A DNA stretch of 64,000 nt from Octopus sinensis (lineage: Eukaryota), in assembly GCF_006345805.1 (NCBI RefSeq), contig NC_043005.1:24552001-24616000 (forward strand), in the 5' to 3' direction. A model generated the notes under the pieces. That model was not told the origin of the DNA. It was given only the letters and a program-made list of their open reading frames with translations, and ran no database searches. Positions 1-12,788 of this stretch are shown piece by piece; positions within the stretch are counted from its first letter, which is position 1, and each line of letters begins with the position of its first letter. The position numbers were made by a program, and so were the translations under genes.

Positions 1-98
1 CATAAATGCACAAAAAAAATAGATTTTAGTAGATAGTTCTCGGTAAGTGACTTCGGCACCAAATGACATAAAGATTGTGGGCATCGCAATCTATTACC

Positions 99-333
99 TA
101 TTTCTTTACTACCCACAAGGGGCTAAACACAAAGGGGACAAACAAGGACAGATAGACGGATTAAGTCGATTATATCGACCCCAGTGCGTAACTGGTACTT
201 AATTTATCGACCACGAAAGGATGAAAGGCAAAGTCGACCTCGGTGGAATTTGAACTCAGAACATAACGGCAGACGAAATACGGCTACGCATTTCGCCCAG
301 TGTGCTAACGTTTCTGCCAGCTCGCCGCCTTAT
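99..333 (-). mobile_element. tRNA-derived SINE, family A (head aaggcggcgagctggcagaaacgttagc), young copy
   Basis: A/B-box head and a 16-bp TSD atcgcaatctattacc at 83-98 and 334-349. Other copies lie near 5.8, 11.3, 15.6, 22.7-23.1, 23.8, 26.7, 33.6, 43.4, 51.4, 53.4, 54.8, 55.3 and 56.6 kb. Confidence 0.9.
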
Positions 334-1319
334 ATCGCAATCTATTACCGTTGATCTTTCAACAGTATCACTGCTATTGAGAATAATCTTTCACTGAACA
401 GAAGCAAATGACTACCTACACATGGGCAGAGCAACGTGTGTTTGAGAAAAATCGAATCGATCCTTAAAGTGTATTACCCAAAAGCTGATGAAGTTCTGTA
501 TAGTAAAGGGACCAAGGGTGATCTCACATACACAGTCAGAGGCCGCATTATACTTTTAAAGATTGGTTTATATGCAGGCATCACCAACGAAGAACTGCTG
601 CCTTCATTTGCTGCAAAGAAATTTTGGAGAAATGAATGAAGACAGCGTGGCTCTAGCATGATTCATCACGAAATTCAATGTGTACCATTTGTCAGAAAAA
701 TTTTAAACAAAACCAGCACAAGTTAGTCGTCAAAGAGCTTATAGAAGGAAAAAGTATGGGAACTGTTATACGCATATGTCTTCACTGACAAAGTGGTTGC
801 GCTCGTAATTGAGTTAACGATCCACCTACACAGATATAGACACACACACACCACGCATGTATATATATGATGTATATTCCTTTATACGTATACACACACA
901 CATGTATGTGTGTGGGTGGGTGTGATATATACGCACACACATACACATATACATATATATACATGTTTCTATGTATGTATGTATGTATGTATGTATGTAT
1001 ATATGGATGGATGGATGGATGGATGGATGGATGGATGGATGTAAGCTCATTTTAGGCACTTTGAATGCCATAGTGTTTTCGTTTACAAGCTTTTCTTAAA
1101 ATTTTGTTTATATTTTCATTAGAGATCCTTAGTTTTTTTCTCTTTCTCTTTCAGCTTTTTTCTCTTCGCTTTGCATAATTGATGTTGGTTTTATGCTGTC
1201 AGAAATTAGCATTTATTCAGGTGGAATTCAAATCGCAAATGACACTCCTCCGCCGCGGTTGAGTAGAATGTCATTTGTGATTTCAACTTTCATTATATGT
1301 GTGTGCTGTACATACTCAC

Positions 1320-1407
1320 ACAGACAGACAGACAGACAGATAGATAGATAGATAGATAGGGAGAGAGGGAGGGAGGTAGAGATAGATAGATAGATAGATA
1401 GATAGAC

Positions 1408-1442
<35 letters not shown>

Positions 1443-1443
1443 C

Positions 1444-1522
<79 letters not shown>

Positions 1523-1585
1523 AAGGGATGGATAGATGGATGGATGGATGGAAGGAGAGAGGTAGCTATCGACAGACAGATAGAT
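1320..1585. repeat. (GATA)n/(GACA)n/(GATG)n compound microsatellite
   Basis: Direct inspection. Another (GATA)n array lies at about 18060-18155. Confidence 0.98.
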
Positions 1586-2104
1586 AGCTATGCCTAGGTA
1601 TATGCTAGTGTACATGTATTTTATATATCTATGAAGTGGGTGTGTTTATATGTCTTTGTGAATGAAAAGGCTTTTAGGCTTTCAAGCGACGGTTCCTTTG
1701 TTTTATCATTTTTATCAAGTGCTATATAACCCCTGCAAAAGTCGTGCTCGCACTACATAACAAAAATTTATGACAAAATGGGTTTTTTTTCTTCTTTACC
1801 TCATCTGGTCCAGCTTTCTTCAACATTAACCTGAAAGAAATCAAAGAAGGAGAGAAAAAAACATAACATCAAGATGGTACCTGGATAAATGTTTCCTAGA
1901 AATAACAACCAAACCGCCAACACTTGGATAAATTTTACCAAACAACGTTTCCCTACTCGCGTAGGCTGTGGCATCTCCGTACATGATACATATACAACTA
2001 CTCCAAGTATTGCTAAGTTAGACATGTCCTGGGTTAAGTTATTTAAACCATACACCTTACACACATACACACCCGCATATATATGTGATATATGTTCAGT
2101 GTGC

Positions 2105-2867
2105 GATGGGTAAATTGTTACCATTTTATATTTTTAATTTCGCGCATGTGCATCGTGTGTTTTTAATTTGATCGACTACACAGTATAGTAGGGTCAGTTG
2201 GGTACCATCGGTGAGAAAAACAGCACCATGACACAATTCACTCTGCCAGAAATTTGGAAACAACATACTGTACTGCTTGGTATTTGCGCCGGAAGTGATG
2301 AAAATCGCGCCGTGAGTGATAAAAATCGCACCGGAAGTGATAAAAGTTGGACCGGGAGTGATAAAAATCAAACATCCAGTCAACATCATGGTATTTGGAG
2401 TAATCACTAGTGATGGCGACGTTATGCCTCCATTCATCTTCTCACACAGCTTCAGACTCAACACGGAGGCCTACATCAAGTGCCTGGAGGCGGTAGTGCT
2501 GCCCTGGGTCAAGGTGACAGTTGGAAAATCCATGTCTGGCAACAGGACTCTGCACCATGCCACACAAGCAGGAAAACCCAGTCATGGCTGTCAGACAAAT
2601 TTTTCGACCACATTACCCGTAACATCTGGCCATCTAACTCCCTTGGCTGCACCCCACTTGATTATTATGTGTGGGGCGCAGTTGAGCGAAAAACCAACAA
2701 AACTCCTAGTAACACTAAAAATGAACTGAAAGCAGGGATTACGTCAGCATTCACCAACCTAAACAAGGAGACCGTCCAGAAGAGTTGCAGGAGATTCCGA
2801 AGGCGTCTGGAGGCCGTGGTTGAAGCCAATGGCGAGTGTAACTTAGACGAGAGTTTATTCACCATAC

Positions 2868-2872
<5 letters not shown>
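2105..2872 (+). mobile_element. Internally deleted Tc1/mariner transposon, maT (DD37D) type
   Basis: Frameshifted fragments MTQFTLPEIWKQHTVLLG, VMVFGVITSDG-like and WQQDSAPCHTS...[17 protein letters not shown]. The homologous copy at 38.3-39.1 kb shows 37 residues between the last two catalytic Asp. Confidence 0.85.
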
Positions 2873-2949
<77 letters not shown>

Positions 2950-3019
2950 GATATTTGAGGATATACCTTTTTGGGGTCAATGCTGCATTTTTGCTCATTC
3001 TGTATAATGTTTGTTTCAG

Positions 3020-4145
3020 AAAACAATAATAGCAGACCCTCAGCTTAATAAGTGAAGAGGTATGCTGTTATTGTGCTTATAAAGGCTGGGCGAAGTAAAT
3101 TTAAAATATTTCGATTTTTAAAAGTTATCAGATCTTTCGTCTACAAAGTTTGTAGGGAGTTAGTGACTAAAGATAGAAACGTATCACCAATATCAAAGCA
3201 TAAAAAGCATTCTAAACACTCTGAAATTATCAGAAAACAAGTTCAACAGATCATTGATTACAATCCCAGAAAATCCATGAGGTGAATTGCAAAAGATCTC
3301 CATGTGTCAGAAGAAACAGTCAGAAATGTTGTCCACGAAATCATCGGATAAAAATCTTATATTATGAGGAAGGGTCAATTTGTCAGAAAAAGCAAAAGAA
3401 AATCACTACATCAAATATAAAAGGTGTTTACACAAACTAAAAGACCCAGCAGAAGATTTGATTTTTTTTTCAAACGAGAAAAACTTCGACCAAGATCAAA
3501 AAGTTAATAGAAAAATTACAGATGGTTATGTACAGACCCTTCTGATATTCAAAGTGTTATGCACACGAAATTTCCTGAAACCGTTATGGTTTTGGGGGTT
3601 GTCAGCAATGAAGAACATGTGATACCTACTTCTTTCTACAAGGCCTTAGAATTAATTCTGCCGCCTACATTGAGGTCCTGAAAACATGTGTTAAACCCTG
3701 TATAAGCAGTGTATGCAGTGGAAGGCCATATGTGTTTCAGTAAGACTCTGCTCTATCACACATTGCCCTAGTAACACAGGAATGAATGGCTGAAAACTTT
3801 CCTGATCACATAACCCCTAACATTTGGCCTCCCAATTCCCCAGGTCGCAATCCATTGGGCTATTATATGTGGAGCGTTGTTGAGAGAGAGAGAGGTCAAT
3901 GAAGATGCCCGTAACATCAAAGATTCTATGAAAGCTGCCATTTCAGAGTAATGTCCAAGATGAACCAGGACCACTTGATTTGAGCATGTAGATGATTTAG
4001 ATCTCATACAGAAGCTGTTGTTGAAGATGAAGGTGGCTTTATTGAATGACATTATAGAAAAGCAGATTTATTTTTATCCTCATAGCATTTTTTGATAAAT
4101 GAAGATATTATCTGTTATTATATAGCTGTTTTTTTATAAACATAA
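3020..4145 (+). mobile_element. Degenerate maT/Tc1-mariner transposon of a second subfamily
   Basis: Broken ORFs KRYAVIVLIKAG..., FFSNEKNFDQDQKVN, and a WPPNSP...NPLGYYMW-like segment at about 3820-3875. Confidence 0.75.
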
Positions 4146-7100
4146 ATCTGTCTGCAGATGTCTGACTAGCAAGGTGAAGCGGCTGACCTCCCCTGTTCGA
4201 AGATTGTAATGGACGCAGGTTCGTGTGTCATATAGCTAGCTAGAGGCGATGGCCTCTTGGAGCTAATCAGCGACAGCTTTAGTCTTATATTTATAGACTG
4301 CCATATTAGTATGGCGATAACTATCAATATCCAGTAACGCTGCCGTAATCTCCTTTAGACAGACTTAGTAATTTTAATATTTCTATTATATATATATATA
4401 TATATATATAACCTCTTTATATTCATTTTGCAAGATTCTTGATGTGAATTCGAGTGTTGAAACAGATATTGTTGTATTTGGGGGTGGTCATGTTGCCAGT
4501 TTAGCCAATAAAACACACGCACTATACATTTGGTGTTCTTTTGCTTCCAGAGTTCTTTCGCCACACTTCTGTGACCTCATCAGTGGTCCTTTGCTTTCTT
4601 CTTTCTTTTTGTGTGTCTTTCCTTACTAATGATCAGCCATTTTATATTTCTATTGTATGTATCTTTACTTGCGCATGCGTATACTTCTGCGTGTGTCTAC
4701 ACACTTACTAAACGTAGGCACACACAAATAAAAATAAATATTGGGGTGGGTTTGTTCGACTGAACTCTTCAAGGTGGTGCTCTAGCATGGCCGCAGTCTA
4801 AAGACAAACAATTAAAAGGTAATAGATTGGAAAAAAAATAAAAGTTAGTGGGTTGTAAAGAAAGGCGGAGTTTAGCTAAGTGCTACCGGGGCTAAATAAA
4901 GAAGGGCTGCGGATTTATATAAATCAGATTAATGTGTGCATAGCTTAAGGGACTGCATTAAGTGGATAAATTATAAATAGTTGTGAGATATGTGATATAC
5001 AGATTAGCAAGAAAATCGTAAAAATCAAATAAATAAATAAATGATAGACAAAGTAGGTAACACAAGATGATAAGATAATATAAATTGAATACTTATATAA
5101 ATAATGAGTAGATTAATAAATTACGGAGGAAATCATGAATAAAAAATAGATGAATTAGGAAGGAAATAATGGTGTATATCCAATGGGCAAATAGATAAAT
5201 TAATATATGAGTTAAAATAAATTGATATCTAAAATGAACAGACAAAAAAATAAAAGTGCTTTTACGAATGAATATACGAAACGTTTATAAATGCTGTTTG
5301 GCCAGATGCTGGTGTATGTGAGGATGTGAGAACCCTGATCAAAATGTGTACTGAAATGGATGAGTATAGGGAGAATTAAATTGGCTCCAAGTAATGGAGT
5401 TCTTTTTTTTTTTTTGCTCTTTTATTTATTTTTTTTTATATGCTAATATTAATTAAAGTTTATTCAGAAGTCTTGATTCTGTGATGAGAAAGAAAAAACG
5501 GAATAGAAAATAGAATTTACTGCTGTGATTGTCGTGGCAAAAGACAAATAGAGAGTATAAAGAACTGACTTATTGGAGAGATGACTTGTACAGCTCTCAA
5601 TTAATAAATGCAACTGGCAAATAACGAATAAATAAAAAATAAATAAACAGGCAAAATAAAAACTAGAACAAATCATCAAATGAATAAATAATAAAAAGAT
5701 ATGGAAGGTAGATTTAGCAAGGTTTACTAAACAGTAGAGGATGTAAAAAAAAGTAATCCTTTCTACTATAGCCACAAGGCTTGAAATTTGCTGGAAGCTA
5801 ATCGATTATTATTATTATTTGTTAGCACGCTAGACAAAATGCTTAGCGGTGTTTCGTCCGTCTTTACGTTCTGAGTTCAAACTGTGTCGAGGTCAACTTT
5901 GCCTTTCATCCGTTCAGGGTCGATAAATTAAGTACCAATCAAGCACTGGGGTCGAGTTAACAATCATGGCAACAATAAAGCTTAAACAATAAAAATTCCT
6001 CAAGGGCTTCTTGTAACCCCCCCCCCAAGGACTCCAGTAAACAAAACATTAGATCACCGAAATTAAACAAAATTGCTAAAACCAAATAATGGGTGGTGAT
6101 AACTGACAATAATCAAAGCAAAAGTAAGGAATTGTTATAAGAGATAAAGGGGTTCATAGGAAAGTAGTGGGAAAAAGTATCTAAGAAAGTATAAAGATAA
6201 AGAAATGAGATTAAAAATTAAGATGTGGGATTTAGACAGGTAAAGAATAAGAAGGTGGTGAGAGATGCGATTATAGCTGAGATGTAAATCCATTGGTAGG
6301 CATTCTATTTTTCATTAGCAGTCTGGGTAGCTAAACACTTTCAAGTACCAATATGTTCTAAGAAGCCTATAAATACATGATGAAAACGTTCAGATGGTGT
6401 GCTCTATTATTGTACCTTTGCAAATAATATCTCCAGACTTAGAAGGTTTCCTGTTTCTGGAAAAAGACTTACGGGATTTTTCAGCAAATTGGAACGGTAA
6501 TGAGTTGGTCATAACTTCACAAATGAATGCTGTCAACGATCTAGGATTAATTGTTTAAATTAGAATATGACAAGAATTTTAACAAAGTTTGGGATTGTTG
6601 AATAAGAGAGCCTGATTGTATTTTTGTGGAATATCTAATAATATTTTTGCGTTGTATATAAAGTGCTTGTTGAAAAGTTTTAAAAAGCATCTAGAAATTT
6701 AGTCCGATACTGCTAGCCTAAAGGCTGCGTTGTATCAGTTAATGTTACTGCCTTTACTCCTTTATATTTTTACTTACCTATCTATCATTGTGTCCTTGGG
6801 CAAGACACTTTATTTCACGTTGTTCCAGTCCACTCAGCTGGCATAAAGGAGTAATATCTGCATTTCAAAGGGCCAGCCTTGTCACATTCTGTGTCACGCT
6901 GAATTTCCCTGAGAACTACGTTAAGGGTACACGTGTTTGTGGAGTGCTGAGTCATGTGCACGTTAATTTTACGTGCAGGCGGTTCCTTTGATCATCGGAT
7001 CAACTGGAACCCTCGTCGTCGTAACCGACCGAGGACCAGTTTTATTTTACCAATTAGTTATCATCAATTTAACTTGTTATTCCTTTAAGTTTTTTTTTTA

Positions 7101-7359
7101 TTATACTTCATTTTTGTCTACCCACTCCCTATTTATTTCATACATCCAGCACTTAAGTAAACCCACCACCTCCCCTTATAACATTTCAACATTTCTAATC
7201 GCTTCCCATCAAGTTCTTTGTCTAACTCTTCTATCCTATCAACCCTTTCAAGAAACAACTGACCACACCAACAAATGTTAACCAGTAGGTCTTCTCTTAG
7301 ACCATCTCTAAAATAAGTGAGGCGAATCCACATATACACCAGCGGTCTTGAACACTTAC

Positions 7360-7400
<41 letters not shown>

Positions 7401-7919
7401 TGTATATCATATATAATGATATATATATATATTGTTTTATTCTTTTCTTCTTTTATTTTTTTCATTTGTTTCAGTCATTTGACTGCAGCAATGCTGGAGC
7501 ACCGCCTTTATTCGCCTTATTCTTTGTAAGCCTAGTACTTATTATATCGGTCTCTTTTGCCAAACTGCTAAGTTACGGGGACGTAAACACACCAACATCG
7601 GTTGTCAAGCGATGTTGTGGGGACAAACATAGACACACAATGATACACACACACGCGCGCGCGCGCGCGCATATATATATATATATACTTCTAGTATAGG
7701 ATAAACAATTTTCGAAAAATAATTTTATCAATGGCAAGCATGTTAAAAAATATCTTTAAAGGTTAAATTTATAAACAACTTATAAACAAGGGCAAAAGAA
7801 AAAATATTTTCTAATGCCCAATATGCCGAAACTAGACACAACGTCCACAACCATATAATTCATCATTATAAGCACGTGTCTGGAAGAAAACAGACAGAAA
7901 TTTCTAAAAAATTCCGTTG

Positions 7920-7980
7920 TTACCATATCGGACCCGATTTCAGAGTTAGTTCATAAGAACCTTCTCTTCGTCAGTGATAA
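7920..7980 (-). ncRNA. Type I hammerhead ribozyme candidate, complete core
   Basis: Minus strand: UUAUCA-CUGACGA-AGAG aag GUUC uuau GAAC uaa CUCU-GAAA-UCG gguc CGA-UA-UGGUAA. Stem I is 6 bp (one G.U), stem II is 4+4 bp, stem III is 4 bp, and the cleavage triplet is AUA. Confidence 0.75.
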
Positions 7981-8819
7981 ATGCGGCAAAGAAATAAATG
8001 AAATACTCACTTAAACCCATGGAAGAAGCAAACGCAAAGTCATGAGCACAATTAAGTACCCCAAATACATCCAAAATAGAAATTCTCCAGCCCATTCGAG
8101 ACACGTCCGATTCGAACTGAAAACTCTCAAAGAGTGAGAGAGTCCGGAAGTGAGCACTATTAAATTTACATCTAATATAGGATAAAATTTTTTCGAAACC
8201 ATAATACTCTATCCTTGAAAATATATTAAAGATATATAAATTGTGTGCATTTTCCTTCTTTTGTTATATTTTTCACTATATATGTATATATATATATATA
8301 TATATATTATATACATATATACATATATATATGTGTATGTGTATGTATACATACATATATATACTTATATATGTGTGTGTGTATGTATACATACATAATT
8401 ATATTACATTGTATTTTATTATATTATATTGGATTATATTACATTATATGACATAGTCTCAAATCAAATTTGATTTTGATTTGGAGGACAAACGTGGGAA
8501 ACAAATATGACAAAATGATGGAATGGGAATATCGAAAATATTTACACGTCAAAATTTCACAAACGAAAACCAGTCGATATCTCATCAAAAAGAAATATAA
8601 TAATTAGAAATAATTAATAATGTAGCATGTTATAACGCTTAAGTTCAATAGTTTTTTTACGGTTATAAATGGAAGAACATATTTGACAAATATAAAACAT
8701 CTATAAACGTTTAAAATTGACACACGTCATTAATTTTTTTCTGCCTTTCCAATCGTAGACTAACTTTGAGATAGGAAGCTTCAGGGTAAAACGGCATTAC
8801 GTTATATTTTAATTGTAGA

Positions 8820-9193
8820 GGCGCAATGGCCTAGTGGTTAGGGCAGCGGACTCGCGGTCGTAGGATCGCGGTTTCGATTCCAAGACCAGGCGTTGTGAGT
8901 GTTTATTGAGCGAAAACACCTAAAAGCTCCACGAGTCTCCGGCAGGGATGGTGGTGATCCCTACTGTACTCTTTCATCACAACTTTCTCTCACTCTTACT
9001 TCCTGTTTCTGTTGTACCTGTATTTCAAAGGGCCGGCCTTGTCACTCTCTGTGTCACGCTGAATATCCCCGAGAACTACGTTAAGGGTACACGTGTCTGT
9101 GGAGTGCTCAGCCACTTACACGTTAATTTCACGAGCAGGCTGTTCCGTTGATCGAATCAACCGGAACCCTCGTCGTCGTAACCGACGGAGTGC
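8820..9193 (+). mobile_element. tRNA-derived SINE, family B (ggcgcaatggcctagtggttagggcagcggactcg head)
   Basis: tRNA-like head with A box and ggtttcgattccc B box. Other copies lie at about 13975-14329, 16200-16395 and 6788-7035 (3' part). Confidence 0.85.
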
Positions 9194-9550
9194 TTCTAAA
9201 TATTTTAATCATAAATGGTTTGGTTATACTTTTCTGGGTGAATGGTTCAGAGTTTTATGCCTGTGGATTTTGTCTCTTACGTTTTATTTGTCTCCGAGGC
9301 ACCACCTCTTCGGGCTTACCATAAAGAATTTGATTTCAGTATTTATATTTTTCTTAAAGTCTGATATTTATTTTAGCGGTCACTTTTGCCGGATCGCTAG
9401 GTTATAAGGACACAAACAAAACAATACCGGCTGTGAAATGGTAGGGTCCAAACACAAAGTTACGCGCACATACATACATACATGCACACACACACGCACA
9501 TATATATAACATACATATGTACACACACACATATATATATATATATAATA

Positions 9551-9595
<45 letters not shown>

Positions 9596-9744
9596 TACAC
9601 ACATATAGAAGAATTTGTTTTTGAAAATGCACCCGAATTTGAAAAACGTGTAGTTGTTTTTAAATAGATTTATTCACATACAGAGCAAACTAGTTTCAAC
9701 AATTTTTTGTTTATCAATAGTACAAATGTATGTGAAACAATGGG

Positions 9745-9838
<94 letters not shown>

Positions 9839-9949
9839 CCCATGTTTCACATACATATATATATATATGTGTGTATGTATGTATATATATTGTTTATATA
9901 TATATGTATATACATATACACATATATACATATATATAAAATCCCACTG

Positions 9950-9996
<47 letters not shown>

Positions 9997-10005
9997 ATAT
10001 ATATA

Positions 10006-10430
10006 CAAGATGTTCAGAACGCCTCTCCGTAGTAAGTATTTATTTGCAATATAAATATTTATAATGATATAAGACTGCAAAGGAATATATTAGACTTTAC
10101 AAGACATTCAAAATCTTTATAAGAGGTGTTGAAAGTGTCGCGTCCTTCATTTTCAATACATAAGTTGACTCTTCTACACATGCTTTGGAATTTACATCTT
10201 GAAGAGTCTGACGCGGTTGTGATGTGAAGAGTCTGAGGCGGTTGTGAAGGTTGTGATTGCGTCTTTTAGCTCATTAATGGTTTTTGGGCGATTCTTGTAC
10301 ACCGATCCTTTACTTGCTGCCCAGAAAAAAGTCTGGTGGGGTTAAATCTGGTGATCTTGGTTGCCAAAGTCCCTTCGAAATAATACGCTCACCGAAAAAC
10401 TCACTGCGGAGTGACTTTTTGAACACCCTC

Positions 10431-10432
<2 letters not shown>
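10006..10432 (-). mobile_element. Internally deleted Tc1/mariner derivative
   Basis: Degenerate TIRs (caagatgttcagaac / ttttgaacaccctctg). The minus-strand fragment is [17 protein letters not shown]. Confidence 0.7.
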
Positions 10433-10484
<52 letters not shown>

Positions 10485-10943
10485 GTAAAATGTTGCATGG
10501 AGGGACAACAAAGAGACATGCGAAAAATAGTAAAAACACACAAAAGACGTGGACACACTCACCCCACATCAATTATCGACCGAAATCAACACAATTTCGA
10601 CGCCTTACGTTTGGTTTGTATTAGCATAATAACCCCCACCCGCCGAACCATGATACGACGATATATATAGCCACTCTTGAAGCTGTGGTCCTTTAGTTTG
10701 TGTTCAAATTCATTTGAAAAGTACTACGTGTTTTGTATACCGAGCACATTTTCCGTCTACTAAATTCACTCACAAAGTGTTGGTAGGCCCAGGGCTTGCT
10801 CAAGATACAGCGTGGTGGGCAACCGAAAACGTGTGGTTACAAAGCAAACTTTTCATATACAACCATGTCTGTACATGTACTTAGTGATTTTCTTCATCAC
10901 TACCTCGGGAAGTACAGTGAAGGTGACGGTCTGTTCTACTGCG

Positions 10944-11171
10944 GCGAGCTGGCAGAAACGTTAGCACGCCGGGCGAAATGCTTAGCGGTATTTCGTCTGC
11001 CGCTACGTTCTGAGTTCAAATTCTGCCGCGGTCGACTTTGCCTTTCATCCTTTCGGGGTCGATTAAATAAGTACCAGTTACGCACTGGGGTCGATATAAT
11101 CGACTTAATCCGTTTGTCTGTCCTTGTTTGTCCCTTCTGTGTTTAGCCCCTTGTGGGTAGTAAAGAAATAG
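10944..11171 (+). mobile_element. SINE family A, full-length copy
   Basis: gcggcgagctggcagaaacgttagc head, B box gagttcaaattc, central gcctttcatcctttcggggtcga domain, and tail ...gtagtaaagaaata. Confidence 0.9.
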
Positions 11172-11686
11172 GTCTACTCTACTACTGAGGACAAAAAGCC
11201 AAAATCTGTTCGAAATTATCAGAGAAACTGAGATGTCCTTGGTGAATATGTATATGACTTAGCCTTTCATCCTTTCTTCGTCAAGAAACTATATACCTAT
11301 TTCTTTATTACCCACAAGGGGCTAAACATAGAGGGGACAAACAAGGACAGACATAGGTATTAAGTCGATTACATCAACCCCAGTGCGTAGCTGGTACTTA
11401 ATTTATCGACCCCGAAAGGATGAAAGACAAAGTCGACCTCGGCTGAATTTGAAATCACAATGTAACGGAGGCCGAAATACCGCTAAGCATTTCGCCCGGT
11501 GTTCTAACGTTTCTGCCAGCTCGCCGCCTTCTCAAGAAGCTATATACCAGTTGACCACTGGGGTCGGTGTCGTCAGCTTGTCCCTCCTCTCAAAACCTTA
11601 TGTCAGAATGATAATTATATTACGTTATATTATATTATACAATGTTATGCTATGCTATATCTTACATATTATTTTATATTCTACAG

Positions 11687-11932
11687 ATAATCTTCGACTT
11701 TTCGCCGTACATTCAGTCATGTATTAACCCAGTGGTGTATTTCTTCATGTCACGAAACTTCCGTAAGAGCATGCGCTATGTGTGCCAGAAATACTGCCAT
11801 TGCTTTGAGGGCAGTGGCGCGAAAGATGTATTCGAACTTGAGACGAAAACCATGGACGGTAACAGCATTACAACCAGAGGTACGAACTACTGTCGAACTG
11901 TAATCAGCAACGATGGGGAAAAGACCTGTTGA
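11687..11932 (+). CDS. Terminal coding exon of a class A (rhodopsin-like) GPCR, probably a neuropeptide receptor: TM7, helix 8 and C-tail
   Basis: Acceptor ttttatattctacag|ATA at 11686/11687, phase 0. Translates IIFDFSPYIQSCINPVVYFFMSRNFRKSMRYVCQKYCHCF...EKTC*. It has the NPxxY motif, an NFR helix-8 motif and candidate palmitoylation cysteines. No TM1-6 exon was recognised in 1-11686, so upstream exons are probably outside the window. Confidence 0.85.
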   Translation: MIFDFSPYIQSCINPVVYFFMSRNFRKSMRYVCQKYCHCFEGSGAKDVFELETKTMDGNSITTRGTNYCRTVISNDGEKTC

Positions 11933-12185
11933 CGACCAAACAACCTAAAAGCATTCTAGTTAAGAAGATCCTTCGATGTACAAGAATATATAAATCATAA
12001 ATGCACATGCATACACAGGTATACACACATATGCATACACATACACATATATACACATATATACACACATATACACACATATACATACATACACAAATAC
12101 ATACAAAAACGTGTATCTTTGTGTATATATGTGTTCACATGACAAATATGTGTGTATGTGTGTACACACACACACACACACACAT

Positions 12186-12247
<62 letters not shown>

Positions 12248-12738
12248 CTCTTTTACTCTTTTACTCATTTGACTGCGGCCATGCTGGAGCACCGCTTTTA
12301 GCCGAGCAAATCGACCCCAGAACTTATTCTTTGTAAGCCTAGTACTTATTCTATCGGTCTCTTTTGCTGAACCGCTAAGTTACGGGGATGTAAACACACC
12401 ACCATCGGTTGTCAAGCGATGTTGAGAGGACAAACACAGACACACAAACACACATATATATACATATACATAAATACGACGGGCTTCCTTTTCAGTTTCC
12501 GTCTACCTAATCCATTCAGAAGGCTTCGGTCGGCCCGTGGCTATAGTAGAAGACACTTGCCCAAGGTGCCACACAGTGGGACTGAACCCGAAACCATGTG
12601 GTTGGTAAGCAAGCTACTTACCACACAGCCACTCCTAACTATCTAGCTATCTACCTATCTATATACACATACATAAGTACATACATTCATACACACACAT
12701 ACATATACAAGCATGCATACATACACACCTGTGTGTGT

Positions 12739-12788
<50 letters not shown>

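Noticed and set aside
436-659. Overlapping ORFs on both strands as an upstream GPCR exon
   Set aside because: There is no TM5/TM6 signature (e.g. CWxP) and no convincing splice sites.
1800-2020. Possible minus-strand exon pair (1800-1830 and from 1881 upward)
   Set aside because: The phases can be made to fit, but the intron would be only 50 nt and the peptide resembles nothing I recognise.
8820-8890. tRNA gene
   Set aside because: The tRNA-like segment is the head of a multi-copy SINE and continues into the SINE body without a proper acceptor stem or terminator. The same applies to the other SINE heads.
11185-11225. CTGAGGA...GAAA
   Set aside because: The stems do not pair, so this is treated as a chance match. 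The same applies to the CTGATGA near 46828.
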